Source of the DNA: the human T2T-CHM13v2.0 reference genome, Homo sapiens
Direction: 5' to 3' (one strand)
NCBI RefSeq assembly: GCF_009914755.1
Contig: NC_060926.1
Length of the DNA: 64,000 nt
This document shows positions 17,516 to 33,584 of this stretch, piece by piece (positions within the stretch are counted from its first letter, which is position 1; each line of letters opens with the position of its first letter). A program made the translations under genes and the position numbers. The notes beneath the pieces are model-generated. The model was not told the origin of the DNA, did no database searches, and saw only the letters and a list, made by a program, of their open reading frames with translations.

Positions 17516-17734
17516 CTGCTCACTATTCTTCAGAGAAAGGATGAAGCTGTGGCTCAGGGTTTCCAGGTGGGCAAGTGATTTCTCCAGATGATTCAAAGTA
17601 TCTGCATAGGTAACTTTAGAATCCTTAGCTTCTTGAGCTTCGTCTTCTGAGTTTCTTTTCCTTGGCTTCTCAATAAAATGTTTGACTGTCTTAATAGCCT
17701 TTCTAGTCATCTCTTTACGGGCTTCCACAGACAG
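17516..17734 (-). CDS. NBAS: NBAS coding exon (exon 45), 219 nt, symmetric phase 0/0; contains Arg1914 (CGT at 17719-17717)
   Basis: Acceptor cttttttttaag|CTGTCT and donor GAGCAG|gtaaag. Translates LSVEARKEMTRKAIK...SLKNSEQ. If the exon starts at c.5725, base 17718 is c.5741, matching the known c.5741G>A p.R1914H arithmetic. Confidence 0.97.
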
Positions 17735-18360
17735 CTTAAAAAAAAGAATTAATAGTGAGACCAAAGAACCCTGCATTATTACCTATTGCATATTCAGCAA
17801 GTGTTAATGAGTTAGAACAAAAGTGAAATTTTTGTATATATGATTTTAACCAATAAATAGCACTTGTTATACTAGTTTTTCTTCTGTGAAGAAAACAAAA
17901 AGTGAGGTGCCATTTGCATCATTAAACTAGTAATTAAGATTTTTAAAAATGTTAATATCCAAAGCAGGTAAAGTGATGAAACTAGTATTCACACTGACTG
18001 CCAGTTACAGTGCAAAAATGAGGAGTCATTTCTACAGCCATATTCCCAGTTCTGATCACTTATTATAAGAAAAAAATTCCAAAGAAGAAAATAAATACAG
18101 GCATAAAGATTTTAACTGGAATAAGACTATTAATATAACCTCAAAAGTAATCTAATTGATAGAAGAAATGATAACTAGCTTATTTTAAATTACAGGCTGG
18201 AATATTATGTAGTCATTAAAATTAGAATTATAAAAACAGTATCCAAACATTTTGGAATATGTTTGTCATAGAATGTTAAAACTTAGAAATCAGAATATAA
18301 AACTCTCTAGATAATGTTTACATTAAACTTCAAACTATATCTGCATATACAATATATGTA

Positions 18361-18440
18361 TTTTATGTATTTTCTATTTTATGTGTGTGTGTATGTGTGC
18401 ATTTATATATTTTCTATTTTATGTGTGTGTGTATGTGTGC

Positions 18441-18473
<33 letters not shown>
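18361..18473. repeat. 40-bp-period tandem duplication grading into a (TG)n(TA)n microsatellite
   Basis: tattttctattttatgtgtgtgtgtatgtgtgc at 18368 and 18408. Confidence 0.9.
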
Positions 18474-18474
<1 letters not shown>

Positions 18475-18690
18475 GTTGAGTATTGCTTATCTGAAATGTT
18501 TGGAACCAGAAGTATTTTAGATTTCAGATTTTTTTTGGATTTTGGAATACTTGCTAATTTAGCATCCCTAATTCAAAAGGCTGAAATCCAAAATGCTCCA
18601 ATAAGCATTTCCTTTGAGCATCATGTTGGCACTAAAAAAGTTTCAGATATTGGAGCATTTCAGATTCCTAGATTCAGGAAATTCAACCTG
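18472..18690 (+). mobile_element. Tigger4a/MER46A-like TcMar MITE
   Basis: TIR-like ends (tatgttgagtat... / ...attcaacctg), flanking TA, internal aatgctccaataagcatttcctttgagcatcatgttggcact. Confidence 0.88.
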
Positions 18691-19392
18691 TACATGCATA
18701 TAAAGTATATGTATGTATAAAAATATAAGAAATATGTATTCAGACATATGCATATACATATATATATATTATTAAGGTGTTAGGATTATGAGCTATTTTT
18801 TTTTCTTTCCTTCTTTCCAAAGATTCGAAACATCGTTTTCACCCATTTATTCAGTGACACGCATCAGATTCCTGTATACTGTGTTAGATATATGGGAGTT
18901 ATATTTTTCTAATTAATAAAATACTATCCTCAAGAATGTGCAGGAGTTATATTTTTCTAATATTAAAATATTAAGCTCTTAGCCTCAAGAATACAAAACT
19001 AAGTCTAAACTTTGTGCTTTGTTGATGGAGGAAGCAGACGCCTCTGAGAGATCCTAGCGCCTTCTCAGGCCTCACTGATTTGTGCTGCTTTGGATCCTGG
19101 GCTGTAGTCTTCTGTCAGCTACTCAAGTACATTTTTACTATATCCTCAAAAGGACGTGTTGATTTTTTTGTTTTAATAAAAAGAGATAAAGACTCCTACG
19201 ACAGACTCTCATTTTTTTTCTACTTCCTAAAAGCAGTCATTGTACATGTCTGGTCATTCTGAAAAGCAGGACTAGGCTGAAATACATGGCATGAGTGACC
19301 ACACCAGGAGGTAAGCTGCCCCCAGACCCTTCCTTTCCTACTAGCTCCCTCCAAGTCACTCAACAGAGTTATGACTTTAAAATGCTGACAGG

Positions 19393-19685
19393 ACGCCTGT
19401 CATCCCAGGACTTTGGGAGGCCAAGATGGATGGATCACGAGGTCAGGTGATCGAGACAATCCGGGCTAACATGGTGAAACCCCGTCTCTACTAAAAATAC
19501 AAAAAAAAAAAAAAAAAAAAATTAGCCGGGCGTGGTGGCGGGCGCCTGTAGTCCCAGCTACTCAGGAGGCTGCGGCAGGAGAATGGCGTGAACCCGGCAG
19601 GCGGAGGCTGCAGTGAGCCGAGATCGCACCGCTGCACTCCAGACTGGGAGACAAAGTGAGACTCCGTCTCAAAAAACAAACAAAA
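19393..19685 (+). mobile_element. AluY, about 20 nt 5'-truncated, with expanded middle A tract
   Basis: gagaatggcgtgaacccgg and ggctaacatgg diagnostics; exact 14-bp TSD aaaatgctgacagg at 19379-19392 and 19686-19699. Confidence 0.95.
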
Positions 19686-22065
19686 AAAATGCTGACAGGG
19701 GACATTTTCCTAATCCTATATAAATATTGATAAAAGAGATCTTTAGGAAAGTACTATTTCCAATGAAATTGGAAATGCACTGCAAATGCAGCTTTCAAAC
19801 AAGTTCCGTAGTCCCCACTTCTTACCAGATTTCTGGCTCTAAGCCATTAAAAAAATCAGAGCCCACCATTGACTGACAAGTATTAATTATGTTACTGTGT
19901 TTGCCCACAAATAAACTGTTAACTCCTCCCTGTGATTCAGAAGTACAAAATACTAGATCTGTGTTTTGTTCAACAGACCACCCCTCCCTTCATACATGTA
20001 GATGAAGAGACTGAGCTCCAGGAGGCTCAGTGGCATGTTAGGGGTCATCGTGTACAAGAGAAGAGTAAAAACTGGAATCCAGAACACTTGGTTACCAAGT
20101 GCAGTGCTCCCTGCCACCTTACATTACACAGCTTCCACTCAACGATTTCTGCATCTTCACAGGCTCCAAGTTTATTAGAGAGTGCATGCTGGTTGAATGC
20201 TGAATGACAAAATCAAGACTGAATAAGAGTTTATAGCAGAGTGAATCTTTTATTATATTCATATTTGTTTCCCCAAGAAATATAAATTTCAGAAATTACT
20301 TGGCTATATCAGCTAGCCAAATGTATACACTCTTCCTAGCCTATTGTGTGATATGGAAGAGTTTCAAAAACAGACTGGCTACAGAATAGGGATAGGCAGC
20401 TAATTCACATGGGCAGGAAGTAGGGTCCTGGATGAAACAATGGGTCCCTATTCTCTTAAAGAGGTCCAGATGAGATCATTGTTGTCCAAGTCTTGACTCG
20501 CCTTTGTCAACCAACCATGGAATGAATATATGGTAAGCAGGAAGAACAATACATTCAGAAAAGTTGTGTTTAATATTTACTACTGGTGTGACTTTAGGAA
20601 ACTTGACAAAGTGCTTCAAGCTTTAGTTTCTTCATCTACAAAATGAAAAAAAATGACCCCTGCTGCACAACTTTAAGAACTTAAGACAATATGTAAAACA
20701 GTCAGCACAGTGCCTTGCCCATAGTAAGTGCTCAGTAAACAGATGCTGACATTTAATTTGACCAATGGATAAAATACATGTGCCATCCTCTCCCGTTGGT
20801 TTGTCATCTTCCTAATAAATTTGTCACATGTTTCCCTTTTAGAAAAACCTTTTTTTTAAATAAGCTCCCCAAATTTCTCAGCACGGAACTCAAGAACCTT
20901 CACAAACTGGTCCCTAGCTAAGTCTCTGGCTTCGTGGTATAATTGTAACTCGAACCCTAAGCTACAGCCACACTGACTCTTTGTCATTACCTGGTGCTTT
21001 TACTTGCCGTCTTGTCTCAAGGAAATGCTCCTTTCCCTCTTTTTTGCAAGGCAAATTCCCAGTCATGTTTCATTATCGAGACACTTGGAGTCAATCTAGC
21101 CTCTACAAGCATTCCACTGGCAAGTCCTCTGCTCCAACATCCAAGTGCATAACCCACCTACTTTGTATGTATAAACTGTCTCGTCAGCATTACTGAGTCT
21201 AGCCCTCACACTGAAGTCTATGCTTTCAGAAAACTAGCTGTAGGTTATGAGAGACAGGTGTAACTTTTTCAAGAGTTTAAATTGTTTGACTTCATCACTA
21301 CAGTGTCATTAGAAAATTTTCTATTTAAAATAATCCTTCAAGAGAACTAAATATTTCAAAATAACTATGTAACCTGACACTGAACAAGGCAGAGTGTAAA
21401 TAAATGCAATCCTAAGTTAATTTTCCTGAGCCAGCTAGAACCTCTAAGAAGCAGAATGATATTATGATTAAAAATATGTAAGGTGTTTTATTTGACTAGG
21501 CGTTTTACTTAATTCAAGCTTTTTATTACTATACTTTGTAAAAACAGGTTCATTGCTGAAAGACTCCAGGGTATGGTTAAAAAATATATGTTTAACACTG
21601 AATTTACATCTAGTAGATTTATTTTCTTTAAACTGTTCCATAATGGAAGGAACAGAAGTAAAAGAAAGAAATGATTAAAAAAAAATGTACCAGAGTAAAA
21701 AAAATGGCAATTTCTTTACTGTATCTAGTGGCCCCACGGTACCATTATTCTTAACATTCTTTTCTTAAGCCCACAGCATTAACATGTCATTCATGTATAT
21801 CATTACTATAATATCAAACCAAGATGATATTTTTAACTGTTCCCTGCAGCAATTAGTAGTTGCTATGAAAAATAATAATGGATTTTTTGAAATAAAGATA
21901 AGTGGCTAAACCGTTTCATCAGTTAATAAATAGGTACTAAACATCTACTTTCCAAGACCTGTAAAAAATGAGATAAAAACATGAACCAGGCTTACAAAGA
22001 AACCACATATATCATGGGAGATAATATAGTGAGAAGGGGGTGGAGGGACTGAGGAATCATGGATG

Positions 22066-24660
22066 ACATCAGCAAATCTTATTGGGTCAAGCTTCAAAAT
22101 ATATCTAGGTTCTAACCACTTCCTACCACCTTCACTGCCACCACTCAGTTCCCAGCCACCATCATCTCTCATAAAGAGCACTGCAACGGTTCTAACTTGT
22201 CTCCCAGTGTGACAGAGATAGTGGTGCTCACCAAACACAAGCATTCCAACTCTTCCACTGCATTTGTCAATTCCCTTGTAGTTAGGATGAGCTGTGTTCC
22301 AGCCAGTGAAATCTGAGCAGAAGTGACATATACCATTTCAGAGCCGGGCAATAAAAAAACCCACATGGCTCACTATCCAGTTTCCCTTTTTTAACCACAA
22401 CAATTAAGGAGAACATGGGGCCCAGATGGTGCCAATACAAAATGATGGGGCTTCCATCAGCCTGGATCCTTAAGTGACTTTGTGGTACAGGCCCCTTTGC
22501 AGTCTTTTATCGGATTAGGTGCATGAGAGACTATCTACCGAAAGCCTCTACAAACCTTAGCTTATTCTGACACACAACAGGTACCAAGAGGGAGGCAATA
22601 TGTGGCTTTGGTTTTCAGATATCAGGCAATGAAAAAAAAAAAAAGATTAGAAAAATACCGTAATCTATGATATGCTATAAAAAATACTTAATAAAACTAT
22701 TATCTGTGGTAACTTGGGGGGCAGATCATACCCCTAATGAACTTGGGAAATGGAACACCAGAAATGTGTTGGGTGTTATATGATGCTGTGGGTATTACAT
22801 GAAGTACTGTCCAGATCGGAAGCAGGAGTGAAACAAAATAAACAGCCCAGAAATTCAGGGCCATACTGGGTTAAAAAACAAACAAAAACAAAAACCAACT
22901 TACTAATTCTAGACCCCATGAGTAAGAGATAAGACGGAGAAATCCTTATATAACAAATGCCAAGTAAAACCTTTAGAAGATTAAAATGATTCAGGGAAGA
23001 GATAAAACAAGGGCGTGACACTCCGTAAATTCTTTCAATTGGACAAAATGACTCAGGGCAGAGATCCAATTAATGATGTCATCCTTAAACAGAAACCTGA
23101 TAGCTTTAAGCTAGCCCCCTTTAAGTGGAGAGAGAGAACGTACAGGGGTGATACATCAAAGATATACAGAACAATATTTCAAAACAAATGAAAAGACCCT
23201 GTAGATGTGGCTACGGGCACATGACACTAACAGATATTAAATAAATAAGAACCTGACTGAATTTCTGAGATAGTGATGCTGCCCAAGAAACCACAAACCT
23301 GGACTGAAAATGCCTGTGACTGTTTAAAACTTAACACTTGGGCCTTCAACCTTGAGGGTACAGGCCTCCAACAAGCACTCCTCATGTGGCCCAGGAAGGA
23401 AGTGGGGAGGTCTTCCCTGGAGGGAAGAAACTGGGGTCATGGAGAACAAAGGATAACAAGGTTGCTCCTAGAAAGCAGAATTAAGGCCTAATTAAGGCCC
23501 CTTACCTACCCCACAGTAGGGAAGCCTTCATAATGTCTGTACAGCAGATTTTTTAAGCTGCCTCACAGTCGTGTCTGCCAAATATCTCTTATTGTCTCCC
23601 TTTCCAAGGTGAGCGCTTAATGCAATTATCTTGTCCCTGTTTCACCATGTAAGTTGGGTGTCGGGGTGGGTGTGGGGGAAACAGGGCAGAGGATTTGTCC
23701 ATTTGGTTCACAGTCTGGATCACAGCTGGACCTGATGCGCAGCCTACTGAGTATTATGCCAACTTTGGGCTCCCTGGAGGGACTAGGACCCTGGGTGGTT
23801 TCCTCTAGTGGAGAAGCAGAGTGTGTTCTGTGGTGGAAAGAAGGCTTGGTGAATAAAAGGGTGGGCTGTAGCAGACAGTGGTTTCTACCACACATCTTAT
23901 CCGCTTCTCTATGCTTCTCAACCCCCTTGTAGTTAGACAGGGTTTCATGGCTAGGTGGGCCCATGAAACGTGAGAGAAGTGTCATGTATCACTCTGGCTA
24001 AGGCAATCACACCCGATTTTCCAGTCCCACTCCTTCTCCTGACAAGGTACTTGAGGAGACCCCAAGTGGGTACGGGCCCTGAGGGAGGCGTCTGTTGTGC
24101 TAGGCCACTGTGACTCTGGGGTTGCTTTGTTACTCCAGCACTACCCAGCAGCACGATGGTATCTTAAAAACACACATCTGCTCCAGCCACGCCTCTGCTC
24201 AAATCCGTGTAATGGCTTCCCAACTCACTAAGAATAAAAGCCAGTCTTTCATGCCCTATCAGGCCCCATGCGATCTGCTCTTCCCCTCACCCTGCCTCTC
24301 TGATCCTATCCCCTCCCTGCCTTCACACTCTCAGGCCACTTCAACCACCCCGGCACCCTTGCAGGCCCCCTCAGAGTCTTCACAGTCATCGGTCTCTCTA
24401 CTTGGAATGTTCTCCCAGGCACCCTCATGACTTGACCCTCTACTTCTCTTGGGACTTCACAAAAATGTCATCTTATCCGAGAGGCCTTCCCTGACCACTC
24501 CATGAAACATGGCACTCTCTCCACCTCTTTCTCCTGGCCCTGCAGTACTTTTTCCTCCTAATTGACATACTGGGCTTCTATTGCTTATTGTTTGTCACTG
24601 CTACATTCCCAAAGCCCAGAATTGTGGCTCATACATAACAAATGCCTCTCTGTTGAATGG
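22066..24660 (+). mobile_element. L2a split in two (22066-22207 and about 24140-24660) by a MaLR insertion
   Basis: Left piece atcagcaaatc...cttcaaaatatatc...ccaccatcatctctc...tctaacttgtctccc continues colinearly as cagcagcacgatggtatcttaaaaac...ctgctcaaa...tggcttccca to the L2 3' end gttgaatgg. Confidence 0.8.
22208..24050 (+). mobile_element. MLT1-type ERVL-MaLR: LTR (22208 to about 22578), internal region, probable second LTR remnant from about 23867
   Basis: ccagccagtgaaatctgagcagaagtgacat LTR motif; MLT1-int-like tcttgtccctgtttcaccatgtaagttgggtgt; purine run then tgtagcagaca. Confidence 0.65.
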
Positions 24661-24731
24661 AAGGATGGATGGATGGATGGATGGATGGATGGATGGATGG
24701 ACGGACGGACGGACGGATGGATGGATGGATG
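24659..24731 (+). repeat. Compound (GGAT)n(GGAC)n(GGAT)n tetranucleotide STR at the L2 3' end
   Basis: Seen directly in the sequence. Confidence 0.95.
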
Positions 24732-24829
24732 ACACTGTTTAAAAAGAGAACAGTAAAAGTGCATTTGAGGAAGCACGTAAGTAGGAGGGCTCATGACACA
24801 TCTCTAACTACTAGAGCACTTTAGTTTAG

Positions 24830-25037
24830 ACATGGTGTGGCATAAAGGGCTGGACAGTAAATATGTTAGGCTTTGCAGGCCACACAGAGTCTCTATTAGA
24901 CACTCTGGTTTGTTTGGTTGGTTGGCTGGTTTTTGCAATCCTTTAAAAAGATGTAAAAGCCAATCTTAGCTAAGGGTTGTACAGAAACAGGCAGTGGGCT
25001 AAATTTGACCTGTGGGCCATCATTTTCTGATCTCTGA
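24830..25037 (+). mobile_element. MER58-family hAT-Charlie MITE
   Basis: taaagggctggacagtaaatatgttaggctttgcaggccac...aaacaggcagtgggctaaatttgacctgtgggcc. Confidence 0.8.
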
Positions 25038-26204
25038 TTTATAATATTAAACAGTTCTAGTTGAAAAGATAAACTGAGAGTAAGTTATATGTGGCCTGGA
25101 ATGCCAGGCTAGATAAGGAATCTGACTTGGAAGCCACTGAGAGCCACTTGTATATTGAAGATAATTACATGGAAATGTCTCCTTAGATTCCCATTTTTAA
25201 AACACTGTAAGAAAATCTTATTTCAAAGAAAAACTAAAAACTATAGTTATCTGAGAAAAACATAATCACCCTTTCTTAGGCCTTTGCCTGTGTTTCTGGA
25301 ATCAGTGCAGGGGTTCACTCCTCTGAGGAGCCTTCCTGACCTATATCAAAGAATATTGCATTGAAATTACCTAGTTACTTGTACATCTCCCTGACTAAAC
25401 AATGAGATCCTTTAGGATAGAAACTGTGCTTTTAAAATCTCTGTATCCCTAGACCTAACATAATGTCTAACACACTGTAGACTAAAAGTAAATAGCTATT
25501 AAATTACTGAACAACTCTGATCAACATACGGAGAAAACAAAGATTCTTTACAAGTGCAATAAAATTACATGTTCTCAACATGTCCCTGGAAAGTTGTGGT
25601 TCAGAATGCTCCAAAATTACCCAGTTACTCTGCAGTAAGTAATTCCTGTAAGAAGGCCCTAGGAGACATTTAAAAAGGACACTTTAAGTGAGTTGAAACA
25701 AAGAAACAAAAAACTGAGACCAAATGTTTGCCATTGGGACAATGCCACCCTGGATCGGAAGTCATGCAGGAAGGGGCACAACGGCATCAAGCTACTGATG
25801 GCTGTTTATTCATTCAACATACATCCACTGAGTGCACACCGTGCATCTGCCTTGGGCTGAGTGCTGGTGACAAAATTAGATCAAGGCCCTGCCCCTGGGT
25901 ATGTCAAAGTCTAGTTGTAAATACGGAGAGATAAAAGACATTACAAAGAGGCATGATCATCCTACAACTACAACAGGGTAAACACAAGGTGCCATGGAAG
26001 CCCTCAGAAGGGCCACTCTGCAGACTGGAAGTGATGGGCATGCAAGGTCAGGAAAGGGTTGCTGAAAGGTGACATCTCCAAGGAGAGTCCTCAAGAGTGA
26101 ATAGAAACTAAGACAAGAAAGGAGGAATGTGAAGAGGTCACTAGTCAAAGGAGCAAGTGGGGCACCTAGAAGTACATGGGCTTGGCTGGAATGCAGAATG
26201 AAAG

Positions 26205-30999
<4,795 letters not shown>

Positions 31000-31270
31000 C
31001 AAGTAACAGTCTGTCAGAGAATGAGGAAGAATGAAGCAGAAATGACAACATGAGGAAGCGCCCTGCATACTGAGCTGATGACAGTATCATCATCTTCATG
31101 CCTTGGGAGGCATAAAAGGATCTCCAGCAGGAGAGCAACACAATCAGCACCAGAGGTTTTAGCTAATGGCTTGATTCATAATTCACCAAGATGACCTACA
31201 TCATCTGCACCTACTTCACCGCTGTGAAATCTTGCTAAGCAGACTTTTTTTCTTTTAAAAATGAACATAG

Positions 31271-31648
<378 letters not shown>

Positions 31649-32860
31649 TTAAGAAAAATCCAGGTGCTACCTACAGAGTGAGGTGGAAAAAATCAGGGTT
31701 TACAAACAGTTTATTATTTAACTAATTAAAAAAATACACAGATGTCCTCTCTTTATAGGTTTCCATTTACAAACTCACCCTATTTTTCATCCATCTCTCC
31801 CTCCTCCTTTTCATGTTCAAACACTTTCATACTCGCTATGAGCTAGGCCTGGCCTTGGCACAGAGGATACAAAGGTAAATTAAGACAGAATCACTATCCT
31901 GGAAGAACATACATCCTAATGGAAAAGTCTACATGGAAATAAAAATATATAAAATGTGACAGAAATATAAATTAAGTATGTGGGTACACCAAGAAAAAAA
32001 ATTGTTTTAGAAAGGCAAGTCTTTAAAAAGAAGGTGACACCTGAAGCAGAACTTGAAGCATCAGCAGGAGTTCATGTGGAAGAAGGAGGGGAGGGTGGAT
32101 TGCAGGCAAAGAGGACAGAATGAGGAATTAATTAAATAAAGGCTTTTATAGAAGAAGAATGTTCTAAGGCTGTAACTCTCAACGTTTTACTGTGCTCCAA
32201 AAAACCTACAGGATATAATATATTCTCACCAAAAACAGTAGCTCATGACCGCAAGATGTCTCATGGGGTAGGGGAGTGGGTGCAGAGCAGCAGCTGTAGT
32301 ATATTTGGGAAAGGAGGGGGAATCAATTCTGAAAAAGATTAAACCATCCCAGGAGTTCAATCACCAAAGCCAAACATCATTCCTTCTCCAGTCTTACTCC
32401 CAAGCTATACCTGCAAAAGCTCTTGGTGGTGCAAATGTGTGTATGCGTGTGCTTAGGCAAGGGATTGTCCAGCAAGAGAAGAGATGCAAAGGGTGCTGGG
32501 GCCACTGGGGGTGCCATGCTGGGAAACTTACACATTAACCTTGGGCCAGTGGTCTCCAAACTGAGGTATGTGTGCCACTAGCACACAAAGCCTTCCAACA
32601 GGGACGCAGGCACAGGCAGTTTAAAGGGAATCTGTTTCTAAATTAATTTCCACCTTCTCTAAGTATTCTTTCCTAAAACTGATCAAGGTGTGAAGCCTGT
32701 GCTCTTTCCCAACTCCCCTTTGACAACAGCCTTCAACTAACACAAGAAAGGCATGTCTGACACTCTTCCTGAGTCTGACTCTGATACATTGTTCTGATGT
32801 CTAAAGAGCTCCAGAACACCAAAGGGACAATTCAGAATGCTGGTGTATAACAGACTCCAA

Positions 32861-33525
32861 TGGAGACCACCTTTGCAAAAATTTTAACAGTGAGAAAATT
32901 ATGGCAGTGGGGGAGATCTAATTTAGCCAACCCCCATCTTGCCTTTAGCCTTCAAGCTGTCAGACATTTAGTTTATAGTTTAAATGATAACAGCCCTTGC
33001 CCCAAAACTCAACCGCCTTTGTAAAGTGAGTGAGAGACTATCAGGCTAAGAGGAGAGAGGAACGTGAATTCTCCTAAGATGTAGACATAAGCAATTGCCA
33101 GCCATTATTACATTCTGGGGTCACAAGATATGCAACTTCTCCAATTACTCCTGCAGATAACGTCACTATTGTAGACTGGCCTTCTGAGATATCTATTCAT
33201 GTGTTTTGCATGTCTGAGATCCATGGCTCCACCCAGACCCACCCAGAAGCAATTGGGCACCCAGGAGGCTCACTTCCTACACTCCTATGATTGCACCCAA
33301 TTAATCAGCAGCAAGCACCCATTTCCTAGCCACCCACACCCCTTCCCCCAAACTGCATTTTAAAAAACCTTAACCTAGAAGGCTTCAATTGATTAAGTGA
33401 TAACTCCATTTCCAGCATGGCACGGCTGGCCTAGAGTCAATTAAACTCTTTCTTTACTGCAAAGCTGGGGTCTCCGTTTGTGCAGTGGTAGAAAGTGATT
33501 ACAAAGTGGTAGAAAGGTGATTACA
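32861..33525 (+). mobile_element. LTR8-family (LTR8A/B) ERV1 solo LTR
   Basis: accacctttgcaaaaattttaacagtgagaaaattatggcagtgggggagatct start; ATTAAA near 33440; ends ...gattaca with a local duplication. Confidence 0.8.
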
Positions 33526-33584
33526 CAGTGACTGGATAACAAACTTCTTCTTGCATGTCACAAGGTTCCCAGTGCTTTGCTTTC

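Noticed and set aside
24585-24794. ORF with HPSI repeats
   Set aside because: It is the translation of the (GGAT)n microsatellite.
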